Shown here: in pieces, positions 38,859 to 48,826 of the stretch
How the letters are laid out: every line of letters begins with the position of its first letter
Position numbering within the stretch: position 1 is the stretch's first letter
From: an uncultured archaeon
Lineage (GTDB): Archaea > Asgardarchaeota > Thorarchaeia > Thorarchaeales > Thorarchaeaceae
NCBI GenBank assembly: GCA_964458565.1
Contig: CAYWJO010000008.1
Span: 37,995 to 101,994, forward strand
Direction: 5' to 3'
Length of the DNA stretch: 64,000 nucleotides
Position numbers and translations under genes: made by a program
The notes under the pieces: generated by a model
Seen by the model: the letters and a program-made list of their open reading frames with translations, nothing else
Databases searched by the model: none
What the model was told of the DNA's origin: nothing

Positions 38859-38913
38859 GGATCTGGGGTCACGCCGGTGAGACCGGAAGCACGCCGCTGA
38901 AGTGAACCGATCC
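38859..38913 (+). ncRNA. Candidate structured RNA / 5' leader (unclassified)
   Basis: GC-rich island. GGATC/GATCC and GGTCAC/GTGAACC outer stem enclosing CCGGT-gag-ACCGG and AGC-acgcc-GCT. Confidence 0.35.
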
Positions 38914-38939
38914 ATGTTTGGAATGGGGAATCCTTACAC

Positions 38940-41900
38940 ATGGAGAAAGGTAGTAGAGAAAGAGCCGTACGCGTTGCAGATACAATGCAACTTTTGGCAC
39001 GTTTGATTGTCTTAGTTATCATCATCCCAACAGCTGTTCTCTTGGCCGTTTATTTTCTGCTCGAACCAATTATCCTGGATGATTTCATCCGAGTCTTCTT
39101 CTCTGGATCGGTTGGTATTGGTCTTGGTGGATTACTGTTAATTCGTATGAAACGACCCAAACTGGGTGCGATTTTAATCGCAATTTCATCCTTACTGGGT
39201 GTTGTATCATTGTCACTTCTCTGGCAATATACTCATGCAATTGCGATTGCGATTCATTCCTTTCTTTTATTGAATCTTATTTCGTGTTATAACTTGCGAA
39301 GATCTGATGTCCTCAATGAAACCTCATGGAAAATTCTGAAGTCTCTCTTGGGAGTAATTGTCATATTATCTGGTGTGACAGCTAGTAGTCTATATTTCAT
39401 TGCTTTAGGATATGAATTGACATTTGTGGTTTTCACAACTGCTGCAACACTTTCTGTATACTTACTACTGAGTCAATATTTCTTGAGAACTCCCCAACTT
39501 GGAGTGCCAAATATCTGCATTCTATCTCTCAGCACTGGACTTTATGGTAACCATCTTCTCATTGAAAATATCATTTCTCCATCTATAGATTTAGTCTTCT
39601 CTTTCTTCCTGTTCAGTATCGGAATCGGATTTTTTGTATCATCTCTAGCTCTGCGTAGAATACAACTCTACTTATTCGAGCGTCCTCAACTAGAACAGAT
39701 CAAGAAGGAAAAGAAACGGCGTATTGACGATATGATTGGAATCGAGATTGAACAAACTGAGGAGGAGCCAATCGACGAAGTAGAAACTCCAGTTCAGATA
39801 GAACCTTGGGTTGTTGATCCCTTTCTTGCGTATGCTCTCACAGGTATTGGTACGTCTCTAATCGCAGCTGGAGTTCCATTCATCTTCCTTTGGTTTGCTT
39901 CCTTAACAGAGTGGAGTTCACTACCCACATTTCATCTTCTCATGTTCCCACTAGGAATGTTGCTAGGATTTCTTTTCTTTACACCATCTCCTGTCCTTTT
40001 TAGATTAGGGGAAAAAATCAATCGAGATACGGAAGGAATCATTGTACGAATAATTGGTACAACTATAATTGTCATATCATCTTTCTCTCTCTTTTCTTGG
40101 ATGCAGCACTTCAACTGGAATATTATCTACTCAATAGGAGCAAGCTTCATTCTGATTATTTCTGGTGTTACTGGTCTTTTCAGGGAAATTAGAAGATGGT
40201 GGCGAAGACAATGGTTGCGAATTGTTAGTACTTTCCGATATGTGAAATTATGGGTTCGAACACACCCGATTGGATCGGGATTATTTGCAAATATAATTTT
40301 CACTTTAGCAATTGTCTATTATCTTTCTCCATCTCTGATGGAATTTCCTCAGGCTCTTTTTGTACTTACTCTGATAGGTGCAACTATTTTCAGTGGAGTC
40401 GGTGTTATTGGTTTAGCAGCTTTTCGTGCTTTCCCAAAACGAAATCAGTTCCTCTCATACAGCTGGTTGGTCTTTATTGGTACTATTACTATGCTTGTCT
40501 ATTGGTATTTGAGCACAGTACTCGCATTCACACCAATCGATTCAATACGGTATTCGATGTTAGTTCTCCTTTGTACTGCGGCATTATTAAAAATCGAAGT
40601 TTCAAGAAAATTAGTTGCAGTGCCATACATCCCCGGTGTTCTAGCTGCATTATGGATTGTTTGGGACATCGAAACAGCTTCTTTGATTGTGTTCCGTCCA
40701 CTTCTGACAGTAGTTTTTTCAATTTGTTTGTGTGCACCAATCTTACGACCCGAATATACGCGGTTTGCGATTGCAGTTCGAGATACTCTTGTTGCTATAG
40801 GCTCAAGGATTAAAATAGTGTTGCTCCGAATAGGAGGAAAAATCAAGGTATTTCTAATTAGAGTTGGGACAAGAATAAAATCTGCACTGATACGGTTTGG
40901 CTCAGCAGTTAAATCTGTCTTTGTGAGAATTGGTACTGCCATTTATCGTGCCGTAGTATTCATAGGTCGTCTGCTAGTCAGTTTCATCTTTATTTCGTAT
41001 GCAGTGCTGCTCTTTGGTGGTTTATTCTTTGTAGGGTTCAACTTCATGTATCTTGGACTAGGATACGACTTTCTACTGATTGCCATCGTAATGGCAGTCT
41101 TATTCTTTATCCTATATCTTCCTCTACTTTCATGGAAAGGGAAGACTCAGACTCCTTTGATGTTAATTTGCTTACTTGGCTTAGCAATTTCTTCATCTAT
41201 CGCACTCTTCTATTTCCTTGATTCTTTTCCCATTGTAACTCGAATACTTGCTTCATTGGTTGTTGGTTCTTCTATCCTCTCATTAGGTAAGAGTCAACTT
41301 CCAGAATCAATGAAACAGCGTATAATTATCGTTACATGGATTTCAGTCGTGATTCTAATTAGCTCAATCTTCTATTATACTCAAACACACATACTTGGCT
41401 CAAGAAATGCCCTCTTGTTTGCCATTACATTCATCGGATTTGGAATCCTACCGCTTAAGCTATCTGAATCACTAGATTCACGTATTGTCGATCTCGTCTA
41501 CGTGGTGTGTGTAGTTCCTGCAGGTTTCCTTCTAATATTGGACTATTTTTGGATTTATGAAATCCTAATAGTCGGCATATCTTCTCTAATCGGTTTACTC
41601 GTGATGCTTTTACCGGTAGCTTATGACGAATACTACCGCGGTATAGCTTGGTTGTATCGGAAATTTGTATTTGCAGCCAAAATGATTGTCATGGTAATTG
41701 CACTCTATATTGTGGCATTCCTAGGACTTGTAGCACTTTCATTTGCTGCTCTTCTTATGTGGTTAGCTTGGCCAATTTTCGCTATATATTCCATTCCCAT
41801 TCTTCCAGCTACTATTACATTTCTAGTCATTCTCTTACTATTTTGGTTGCCAATTCTGAATCTACGTCGTGACGACAATCCTGAGCTCTACAGTTATTGC

Positions 41901-44900
41901 GTTTTGGCTTTTGTATTCTTAGCAAGTTTTGATGTTTACTTGTTGTTTGATTTTGGTGGAATGATTGAGTCCGTCCTTGTTATGACAAGCATGATTGGAA
42001 TTCTTTTGACCCTAGTAAGCTCTGAAATTCATTTTATTCGGGACAGACGTGTTCCTGGCTTTATTGGTCTCATTAGTGTTCTTCTTCTCGTAGTATATCT
42101 ACTTCCAGTTGATTTGGTAACCAAGATGCTAATTCTTTCATGTGGTTTTTCGTCAGTGGGATTCAACGTTTTGACTAACCGTTCAACACGCACTGCGCTC
42201 TTCGTTTTACTATCATCCTCTCTGTTTGGAATAGTTTTCTGGAATCTTTATCTAATGGGTTTTGATCCGATAATCGTCATTCTCGAATTTCTCATTCTCG
42301 AGTCACTGACACTTAATTTATCGGAATATACTCGATCATGGTCCACCTGGTATCTCCTTTCATTTGCTATTGGAGGTCTACTCCATATCTTTCTCATACC
42401 CTACACAATAGCTGCTCCATTCTTTGCTTTCCTTGTATCCATGGAGATGATTCGGATCACACCTGAAATTGAGTATCGGTTCATGGAACATTTCATGATT
42501 CTTGATTTCTTGAGAGCACTATTAATTGGTATATCTGTAGGATTATACCTCATAACGATTTTCGATTTTCTGATAACACTAGAAATTTCGATAATACTTT
42601 CATTATCAGTACTTGTTGCGTCTTCCCAGAACTATCGAGGTCCTCTGGCTTCAGCTTCATTAGGTCTAACTTTAGCCTTTGCATCCTCAACTCTGATTTT
42701 CACAATGATGCATGACTACCTTGGCATCAGCTTACTTGCTATTACCATTCCTGCTTCTCTTCCGATTCTGATTGTAAGTCTTCTTAGATCAAAAATGGGT
42801 CCATTCAAAACTCCACATTGGTACCTGTTGGCAACAACTTTGATTCTTGATGCAGGAGTGATTTGGTATACTCTTTACAATTCAGTTGAGTCTTTATTGC
42901 TTGCTCCACCCTCCATACTTCTTGCATTCTGTGTTGCTTTACAGTGGCATCCTGAGGCGGAGGGAGAACGAACCTCACGAGTTCCAGAGTTAATTGGATC
43001 CACGATTATATTTCTCGAAGCGGTTTGGATTTGGCATGCCTTTTACATCATTCATTTTGATTGGATTTTTATCCTGTTCGGAATTGGCTTGATTCCTCTT
43101 TTGTCAATATTCTATCCTCTATTAGAGATAAACGTGAATGAGGATTTCGAGTTTGTTTGGGATTTGATTTCAATAATCGCAGCTATAACAACCGGTTCAT
43201 ATCTTACATCTTGGAACCTATTTTCATTCACTCTTCCAGAATTTCCAATTCTTACATTCGGAGCAATTCTCTCACTATATCCCCTCTTTGCTATCCCCGG
43301 TTTTGTAGTCTGTGAACGTTATACTAAGCTTGAGCGTGCATTTCATTATGCTTGGTCCACTTCACTCCCAGGTTGGGCTTTGCTCTTCTATTATTATGGG
43401 ACCTATACAACATCAATTCTCTATTGGCAAGTTGCTCTTGCACTAATTGGGTTCTCACTAGCAGGGATAATCTACGCTTTATTGGATCCCGAACCTAGAC
43501 AAACATCGCTCTTAGTATTCAATTTGACAATCTCATCATCTGTTGCACTGATGTATTGGACTAACCTGTCTGAGCCATTCGCAGATATCTGGATGAATCT
43601 GTTTTGGACGTTCATTCTTTGGTATATTCTCAGTCTACCCACGCTAGCCCGTCCAACTTGGAATTGTGGGATGCTCTGTGTCAACAAAATGAAGCAGAAT
43701 ATTGATGTTGTTGCTACGATTCTACCTGTTTTCATCGGTGGCTTGCTGTCTCTCAATTCCTTAGCCTTTGAACCAATAGTTGTTCTTACACTTCCAATCA
43801 GGCATTATATAATGGCGCTTGCTGTTTTTCTTAGTGTAACGGGTTTCATCTATTTGGTTGAATGCTTCAACATGGATCGTGTGAAGGTAGAGCATTTGAA
43901 AATACCCGGAGTGTTCATGTTTGCTTATGGCATATTCACTGGAATCCTTGGACTAGGGCTTCATGAGCAGGTAATGAATTTGTTCTCATTAGTATTCGTT
44001 ACATCAGGCGCGTTTTCTGTTTCAGTATTTATTGCACTTCCATTGTGTTTGGGCTTAGGATGGAATGAACAGGCAAAAACTCTCCTTGCGTTAGTCGGAC
44101 TTGCTATGGGTCCTACTGCTTTGATTGGACTAACAACATTCATGGCTTTTACATTACCATTTGCAATCGTAGTCACTCTAGTCATTATGTTTATTCTAAT
44201 TGCACCTGTCTTCTGGGACCAAGTACGGAAAATACTTGCTTTGATTAGAAACCTCGGATTACTTCTTGTAAAAGCCTTCAATATGTTAAAGGATGCTTTG
44301 AAAAGGCTCTTTGAGAAATTTGGATACGTAATGTGGGCAATATTCTCAATAGCTTTCTCAGTGGGTTTGGGAATTGTTTCATACCCGTTCTTCAGTGAAC
44401 TAATGAGTATGCCACAAGGAGGACTCCTCTATGCTGTACCCAGCATCACAATTCCAACCCTTATTCTTGGTTTACTCTTCATGACAATGGCAATTGTCCG
44501 TAGGAGAGTGAGGTCCACACTTGGTTCTATAAGTGGATTCTTGATTTCATCTGGAGCTGGTATTACAATTGCAGTCGCGCTCTACGAGAAAGGATATTGG
44601 TATCTAGCACTCTTTACTGCGATTCTTGCGTTCTGCTTCCTTGGTCTAATAATTCAAGTGGAAGCTGTCATCGATGAGAAATACACATCCGTGTTGTTCG
44701 TTCCAATTCCAATCAGTGTCGGGTCGATTATTCTATATTATCTGTTGATTCCTGCAATCAGCATCGAGGCGAAGTTCACAGCATTTGTCTTAGCTACACT
44801 CGTAGTAGTTCTAATATTTCTAGCATCCACCTATTTCAATATTATACCCTCAAAGATTCGAGGTGCTCTATGGATTGCTCTCTCCGTTAATTCTGGACTT

Positions 44901-45263
44901 GCAGCTTACTTCTCATCATACATGGCATACTATGATGAGGTTGCAAGTATCTATCTCTGTTTCTTCATCGCATCTTGGATTCTGTATCCTGTGACTGGAA
45001 GGAAGCAACCACAATTATTCTACGCACCGCTTTTCTTCTCTCTGACAGGATTCGCATTCTCCATCTTTCTTGGTACTACCATCCAGAGCCTGCTTCTTGC
45101 AATAGCAACTTTACTCTATTTTGTCAGTAGATATGTGAAAGAAGAAGAGCAGACCCGACCGAATCTTGTTTACTTGCGTATTGTCATACTAATTACACTT
45201 GTAGTATGTCTTGCATTATTCGGTCTTCTCTTTTCTATGGGATTAATGCAAGCTCCTACTTAG
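38940..45263 (+). CDS. Giant polytopic membrane protein (2107 aa, tens of TM helices), function unknown
   Basis: Uninterrupted 6.3-kb ORF made almost entirely of hydrophobic helices with short loops. Confidence 0.85.
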   Translation: MEKGSRERAVRVADTMQLLARLIVLVIIIPTAVLLAVYFLLEPIILDDFIRVFFSGSVGIGLGGLLLIRMKRPKLGAILIAISSLLGVVSLSLLWQYTHAIAIAIHSFLLLNLISCYNLRRSDVLNETSWKILKSLLGVIVILSGVTASSLYFIALGYELTFVVFTTAATLSVYLLLSQYFLRTPQLGVPNICILSLSTGLYGNHLLIENIISPSIDLVFSFFLFSIGIGFFVSSLALRRIQLYLFERPQLEQIKKEKKRRIDDMIGIEIEQTEEEPIDEVETPVQIEPWVVDPFLAYALTGIGTSLIAAGVPFIFLWFASLTEWSSLPTFHLLMFPLGMLLGFLFFTPSPVLFRLGEKINRDTEGIIVRIIGTTIIVISSFSLFSWMQHFNWNIIYSIGASFILIISGVTGLFREIRRWWRRQWLRIVSTFRYVKLWVRTHPIGSGLFANIIFTLAIVYYLSPSLMEFPQALFVLTLIGATIFSGVGVIGLAAFRAFPKRNQFLSYSWLVFIGTITMLVYWYLSTVLAFTPIDSIRYSMLVLLCTAALLKIEVSRKLVAVPYIPGVLAALWIVWDIETASLIVFRPLLTVVFSICLCAPILRPEYTRFAIAVRDTLVAIGSRIKIVLLRIGGKIKVFLIRVGTRIKSALIRFGSAVKSVFVRIGTAIYRAVVFIGRLLVSFIFISYAVLLFGGLFFVGFNFMYLGLGYDFLLIAIVMAVLFFILYLPLLSWKGKTQTPLMLICLLGLAISSSIALFYFLDSFPIVTRILASLVVGSSILSLGKSQLPESMKQRIIIVTWISVVILISSIFYYTQTHILGSRNALLFAITFIGFGILPLKLSESLDSRIVDLVYVVCVVPAGFLLILDYFWIYEILIVGISSLIGLLVMLLPVAYDEYYRGIAWLYRKFVFAAKMIVMVIALYIVAFLGLVALSFAALLMWLAWPIFAIYSIPILPATITFLVILLLFWLPILNLRRDDNPELYSYCVLAFVFLASFDVYLLFDFGGMIESVLVMTSMIGILLTLVSSEIHFIRDRRVPGFIGLISVLLLVVYLLPVDLVTKMLILSCGFSSVGFNVLTNRSTRTALFVLLSSSLFGIVFWNLYLMGFDPIIVILEFLILESLTLNLSEYTRSWSTWYLLSFAIGGLLHIFLIPYTIAAPFFAFLVSMEMIRITPEIEYRFMEHFMILDFLRALLIGISVGLYLITIFDFLITLEISIILSLSVLVASSQNYRGPLASASLGLTLAFASSTLIFTMMHDYLGISLLAITIPASLPILIVSLLRSKMGPFKTPHWYLLATTLILDAGVIWYTLYNSVESLLLAPPSILLAFCVALQWHPEAEGERTSRVPELIGSTIIFLEAVWIWHAFYIIHFDWIFILFGIGLIPLLSIFYPLLEINVNEDFEFVWDLISIIAAITTGSYLTSWNLFSFTLPEFPILTFGAILSLYPLFAIPGFVVCERYTKLERAFHYAWSTSLPGWALLFYYYGTYTTSILYWQVALALIGFSLAGIIYALLDPEPRQTSLLVFNLTISSSVALMYWTNLSEPFADIWMNLFWTFILWYILSLPTLARPTWNCGMLCVNKMKQNIDVVATILPVFIGGLLSLNSLAFEPIVVLTLPIRHYIMALAVFLSVTGFIYLVECFNMDRVKVEHLKIPGVFMFAYGIFTGILGLGLHEQVMNLFSLVFVTSGAFSVSVFIALPLCLGLGWNEQAKTLLALVGLAMGPTALIGLTTFMAFTLPFAIVVTLVIMFILIAPVFWDQVRKILALIRNLGLLLVKAFNMLKDALKRLFEKFGYVMWAIFSIAFSVGLGIVSYPFFSELMSMPQGGLLYAVPSITIPTLILGLLFMTMAIVRRRVRSTLGSISGFLISSGAGITIAVALYEKGYWYLALFTAILAFCFLGLIIQVEAVIDEKYTSVLFVPIPISVGSIILYYLLIPAISIEAKFTAFVLATLVVVLIFLASTYFNIIPSKIRGALWIALSVNSGLAAYFSSYMAYYDEVASIYLCFFIASWILYPVTGRKQPQLFYAPLFFSLTGFAFSIFLGTTIQSLLLAIATLLYFVSRYVKEEEQTRPNLVYLRIVILITLVVCLALFGLLFSMGLMQAPT
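40761..40991 (+). repeat. Seven tandem 11-residue amphipathic repeats within the giant membrane protein
   Basis: RFAIAVRDTLV/AIGSRIKIVLL/RIGGKIKVFLI/RVGTRIKSALI/RFGSAVKSVFV/RIGTAIYRAVV/FIGRLLVSFIF. Confidence 0.75.
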
Positions 45264-46650
45264 ATGACATTCTTCCTAAAACACGTGCAAGTGCAATAGC
45301 TCCGCGTTCTGGTGATGAGAATACTGGTACTCCTCCTTCTTCAAACTCACTCCGGCCTGGTGGATGTCTGCTTTCAGGTGAATTGAGAATTGCTACCACT
45401 ATTGTGTCACTACTCTCATGCACTCTGAGAATCTCGTCGACAGGCATTCCACCCCCAATGTCTTCTTGATAATTTGGTGAAAAAATGGTTATAATTGCAT
45501 CATAATCATTACTTCTGCAGATGAGATCAAACGCGTTTGCGAAGATTGAAGGATTAGCCCATCCCTGAGCGAGTAAATCAATAGGGTTTGAGATGTCTAC
45601 ATTGACCGGCATTCCAAGTAATTTCTCTATGCTTCGTGAATACTCATCCCGGGGTTGTGGAAGCTGAATTCCCTTTTGTTCAAGAATCTGGGCTGCGATT
45701 AATGCAGGACCTAAAGTGTGAGTGATAATCGCAACATTCTTCCCTTTTGGAGTTGTAGGGAAATATGATAGTATTTTGGCTGTGTCCATCATCTCCTGCA
45801 CATTATCAACCTCGATTGCTTTTGCTTGTCTGAAAGCAGCACTGTATAGATCTGAACTTCCCGCAAGACTACCAGTGTGACTCAGAGCGGCTGATCTTGA
45901 AACTGGGGTCTTCCCTACCTTATACACGATCACAGGCTTTTTGGATGACACATTTCTTATCTCTGAATACAACTCTCTCCCAAATTCAGTCCCCTCAATA
46001 AACAAACAGATTACCTCAGTTTCATCATCGGTATCAAAATAGCGCAGAAGATTATGAAAATCAATATTTACTCGATTACCCACAGACGCGAATTTTGAGA
46101 TTCCAACTCCCGAATCTGCAGCTGCATAAATCATAAGTCCTACGACACCTCCACTCTGACTTACTAGAGATACCTTTCCTTTTTTGGGAGGAACTGGCAT
46201 TGGAAAGAATGTAGCATTTAGATCTAGATTGAGATTACCTGCACCAAGACAATTTGGTCCGATGATTGCTATTTTTGATTTATCTGCGAGCTCTTTCAAC
46301 GCTTTTTGAGTTTCTTCTCCAATGGGTCCCAATTCTTTGAAACCTGCTGAGAAAATAATAGAGGATTTTACTCCTGCTTTACTACAATCCTCTAGAGCCT
46401 GTAGGACAAAAGGCGCTTGAAGTGCAATAATCGCTAAATCGATTGTATCAGGAATCTCATTCACTGTTTCAAAGCATTTCAAATCATTAATGAATGAAAG
46501 CCTTGGATTGACGGGATAGAGTTTTCCTTTGAACTCATTAAGTGCGAGTAGCGTGAGTCCTCCAAGTTTAGCTGTTTTATCCGATGCTCCAATTATAGCA
46601 ATGGTTTTTGGATTGAATAATCTTGCGAGTGACTCCGTCTTCCAGCTCAA
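45256..46650 (-). CDS. acdA: ADP-forming acyl-CoA synthetase alpha subunit (AcdA-like)
   Basis: FNPKTIAIIGAS, YPVNP, FSAGFKE, IIGPNCLG, SQSGG, SHTGSLAG (phospho-His), NPIDL. Confidence 0.85.
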   Translation of the reverse strand: MSWKTESLARLFNPKTIAIIGASDKTAKLGGLTLLALNEFKGKLYPVNPRLSFINDLKCFETVNEIPDTIDLAIIALQAPFVLQALEDCSKAGVKSSIIFSAGFKELGPIGEETQKALKELADKSKIAIIGPNCLGAGNLNLDLNATFFPMPVPPKKGKVSLVSQSGGVVGLMIYAAADSGVGISKFASVGNRVNIDFHNLLRYFDTDDETEVICLFIEGTEFGRELYSEIRNVSSKKPVIVYKVGKTPVSRSAALSHTGSLAGSSDLYSAAFRQAKAIEVDNVQEMMDTAKILSYFPTTPKGKNVAIITHTLGPALIAAQILEQKGIQLPQPRDEYSRSIEKLLGMPVNVDISNPIDLLAQGWANPSIFANAFDLICRSNDYDAIITIFSPNYQEDIGGGMPVDEILRVHESSDTIVVAILNSPESRHPPGRSEFEEGGVPVFSSPERGAIALARVLGRMSSK

Positions 46651-46702
46651 TTGAAAAGCCTCGAATTATCAATGAACATTCACTCAGATATGAGTATGTT
46701 CT

Positions 46703-47611
46703 TTACTCATCTGTTTTGCTTTGAACCGATTCTACAAGATTTGATAGATGCTCAAAGATGATTCCGTTTATTTTATTCTCGGTTTCTTCGTATGACTCGA
46801 GGTTGACTATTGGGATATCATTAATTTTTGCCTCATTTTCAAAATAGTCTTGAATCTCCCTAGTAGCGGAATATTCTAGCTGCCTTGAGTCGAGATTAGC
46901 ACTCACTGTCTTCAAACCACTACCTTCTGCTTTATTCATAAACATCCCCCAATGTGTAGAATCGTCTGGATGAACTAAGACTTCGATAATGCTTTGACTA
47001 AGGTCTCTCAATGACCCAGGTATTATATGCACTCCCTCAATAACTGCTGCAACACCCTCTTTGATCACACGTTGAATTGTGTTCTGAATCGAAGGAGTCA
47101 ATAGTTCAACCTGGGCGAAGTAACCTCGTATTGATGGAGGTAGGTTTTCCAAACCTATCTGTTTGTATTTGTGAGCCTGATATGTATGACAGAACAATTC
47201 AGGAACATCTGCTTTGTTTGATTGCGTGCGAAGAATCTGTCTGATTGAGTCTGTGGTGACCACTCTTGTAGCTGCGATAGTCGGAATTAGATTCAATGCT
47301 AGCATTGATTTTCCCGTTGCTGAAGCCCCTTCTATAACTAGTATTATGTGTGGGAGTCTCTTATGTCTAAGCAGCCAATTGTACTTTATTACTTTCAGAA
47401 ATGGATCAGCAAAATCAGGGGTATGTTGCTCAAGCAATCTTCTGCATTCAATAAGCATTGATTCTTCAGACGGATTTGAAAACCGGGTTTGTGAAGATAT
47501 CACATCTATAATGCTACAAGCATCTAGTCGTGAAACTCCGGAGATGCGAAGATACCCCATCATAATACTCATAGGATAGGGAATGGTGCCTCCTGCAATG
47601 TTGATTCTCAT
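46703..47611 (-). CDS. 2-phosphoglycerate kinase-like P-loop kinase
   Basis: IEGASATGKS, TDSIRQILR, IEGVHIIP, REIQDY; start reassigned to MRINI. Confidence 0.75.
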   Translation of the reverse strand: MRINIAGGTIPYPMSIMMGYLRISGVSRLDACSIIDVISSQTRFSNPSEESMLIECRRLLEQHTPDFADPFLKVIKYNWLLRHKRLPHIILVIEGASATGKSMLALNLIPTIAATRVVTTDSIRQILRTQSNKADVPELFCHTYQAHKYKQIGLENLPPSIRGYFAQVELLTPSIQNTIQRVIKEGVAAVIEGVHIIPGSLRDLSQSIIEVLVHPDDSTHWGMFMNKAEGSGLKTVSANLDSRQLEYSATREIQDYFENEAKINDIPIVNLESYEETENKINGIIFEHLSNLVESVQSKTDE

Positions 47612-47650
47612 GTAACAGATTCTCTCCAAATGGAGATATATCAAACTCAT

Positions 47651-48205
47651 TCAAAAGGTCTTCCGCGAGCAGTATCCCTTTGTTTCTCTTCCCCTTTTTC
47701 CTGAAAATGATTTTCCCGGATTGTAGCTCTGTTTTCTCTTCTTGGGTTTCTTCCATGCAAAAGGTCGACTCATGTCTTTTAATTCATTCAATTTTTCAAT
47801 AATCATATCACTTGGTATTATTGTTCCATATTGACCCTTGGATAATCGCATAGAATAGTTATGCATTGTTACGTAACCTCTAGTTAGCGAATAACACTTG
47901 TTAACCTCTATCATGTCGATTTCGTCATTCCAAAGGGTGAGTGAAATCTGGCCTGATTCATCAGCTACCAACGCATCAACAACCTCATGTAGTTGTCCAC
48001 TGAATTTCGCCCTTACTTGACGAACCTCTCCAATTTGCAGCACATTGAAACTCACATTGACAGACTTAATCTCTGGAGTAATCGCTTCGATGAGAATCCT
48101 CTGATTATCTGATTCAATTGAATTATTTTCCTTCTGCACAAGAATTCTACCAGCTAATAGTCTTGTATAGCAGTAAAAAACTCCCCCCAGAACAACACTT
48201 TTCAT
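47651..48205 (-). CDS. Single OB-fold ssDNA-binding protein (crenarchaeal SSB/RPA-like) with basic tail
   Basis: VNVSFNVLQIGE, ALVADESGQISLTLWN, GYV, LSKGQYG; the true start is probably downstream (~48139). Confidence 0.75.
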   Translation of the reverse strand: MKSVVLGGVFYCYTRLLAGRILVQKENNSIESDNQRILIEAITPEIKSVNVSFNVLQIGEVRQVRAKFSGQLHEVVDALVADESGQISLTLWNDEIDMIEVNKCYSLTRGYVTMHNYSMRLSKGQYGTIIPSDMIIEKLNELKDMSRPFAWKKPKKRKQSYNPGKSFSGKRGRETKGYCSRKTF

Positions 48206-48294
48206 CTAGTTCGCCGTATCTATTAGATACGAGGAATGTAGTACGCAGCCGCTAGACCACATCCTCTGAGAGCCTATCGAAGAGGAATCCAGAG

Positions 48295-48678
48295 ATGGGA
48301 AAAAGAATATTGATTGTTGATGATGACCCTGAGACCGCGCAGCTTATTGAGATAACCCTTAGAAAATTCATTGACGATTTTTTCATTTATTCTGCTGAAG
48401 ATGGTGAAGCAGCAATAGCAACTGTAGAGCTTCTCATTGATGCAGGGACATCTCCTGATATCACAATAATGGACTTGAGAATGCCTAAAATGGACGGAAT
48501 ACAGTGCACTAGACTATTAACAGAGCTTGGTGTTTCTAATATTCACATTCTCAGCGCATTTTTAGAACCAGAGATGATTGAATCTGCAGATGAAGCTGGT
48601 GCAGCAGCCATAATGGATAAGGGGGAAGGCTATACACGCATCGCAACTAAGATTGCGGATAATTTGCGTGGTAGATAA
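48295..48678 (+). CDS. Stand-alone response regulator receiver (CheY-like)
   Basis: ILIVDDD, PDITIMDLRMPKMDG, LSA, K. Confidence 0.9.
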   Translation: MGKRILIVDDDPETAQLIEITLRKFIDDFFIYSAEDGEAAIATVELLIDAGTSPDITIMDLRMPKMDGIQCTRLLTELGVSNIHILSAFLEPEMIESADEAGAAAIMDKGEGYTRIATKIADNLRGR

Positions 48679-48826
48679 TCTATCCTACTATTAGCTCAAA
48701 ATCCGGAGAAAAGAATAGGTTTTGGACAATCTATGATGTCAATAGATGGATCCTGTGTATCAGCACAATCCTTTTTTGTCAGATATCTAAACTACTCGGG
48801 ACTATGTACTAGGAGTAGAGGTATAT

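Noticed and set aside
38859-38932. TPP riboswitch, hammerhead ribozyme or tRNA
   Set aside because: GCTGA and GAACC-GATC look superficially TPP-like, but CTGAGA and the P4/P5 consensus are missing; there is no CUGANGA/GAAA core and no cloverleaf or TTC arm.
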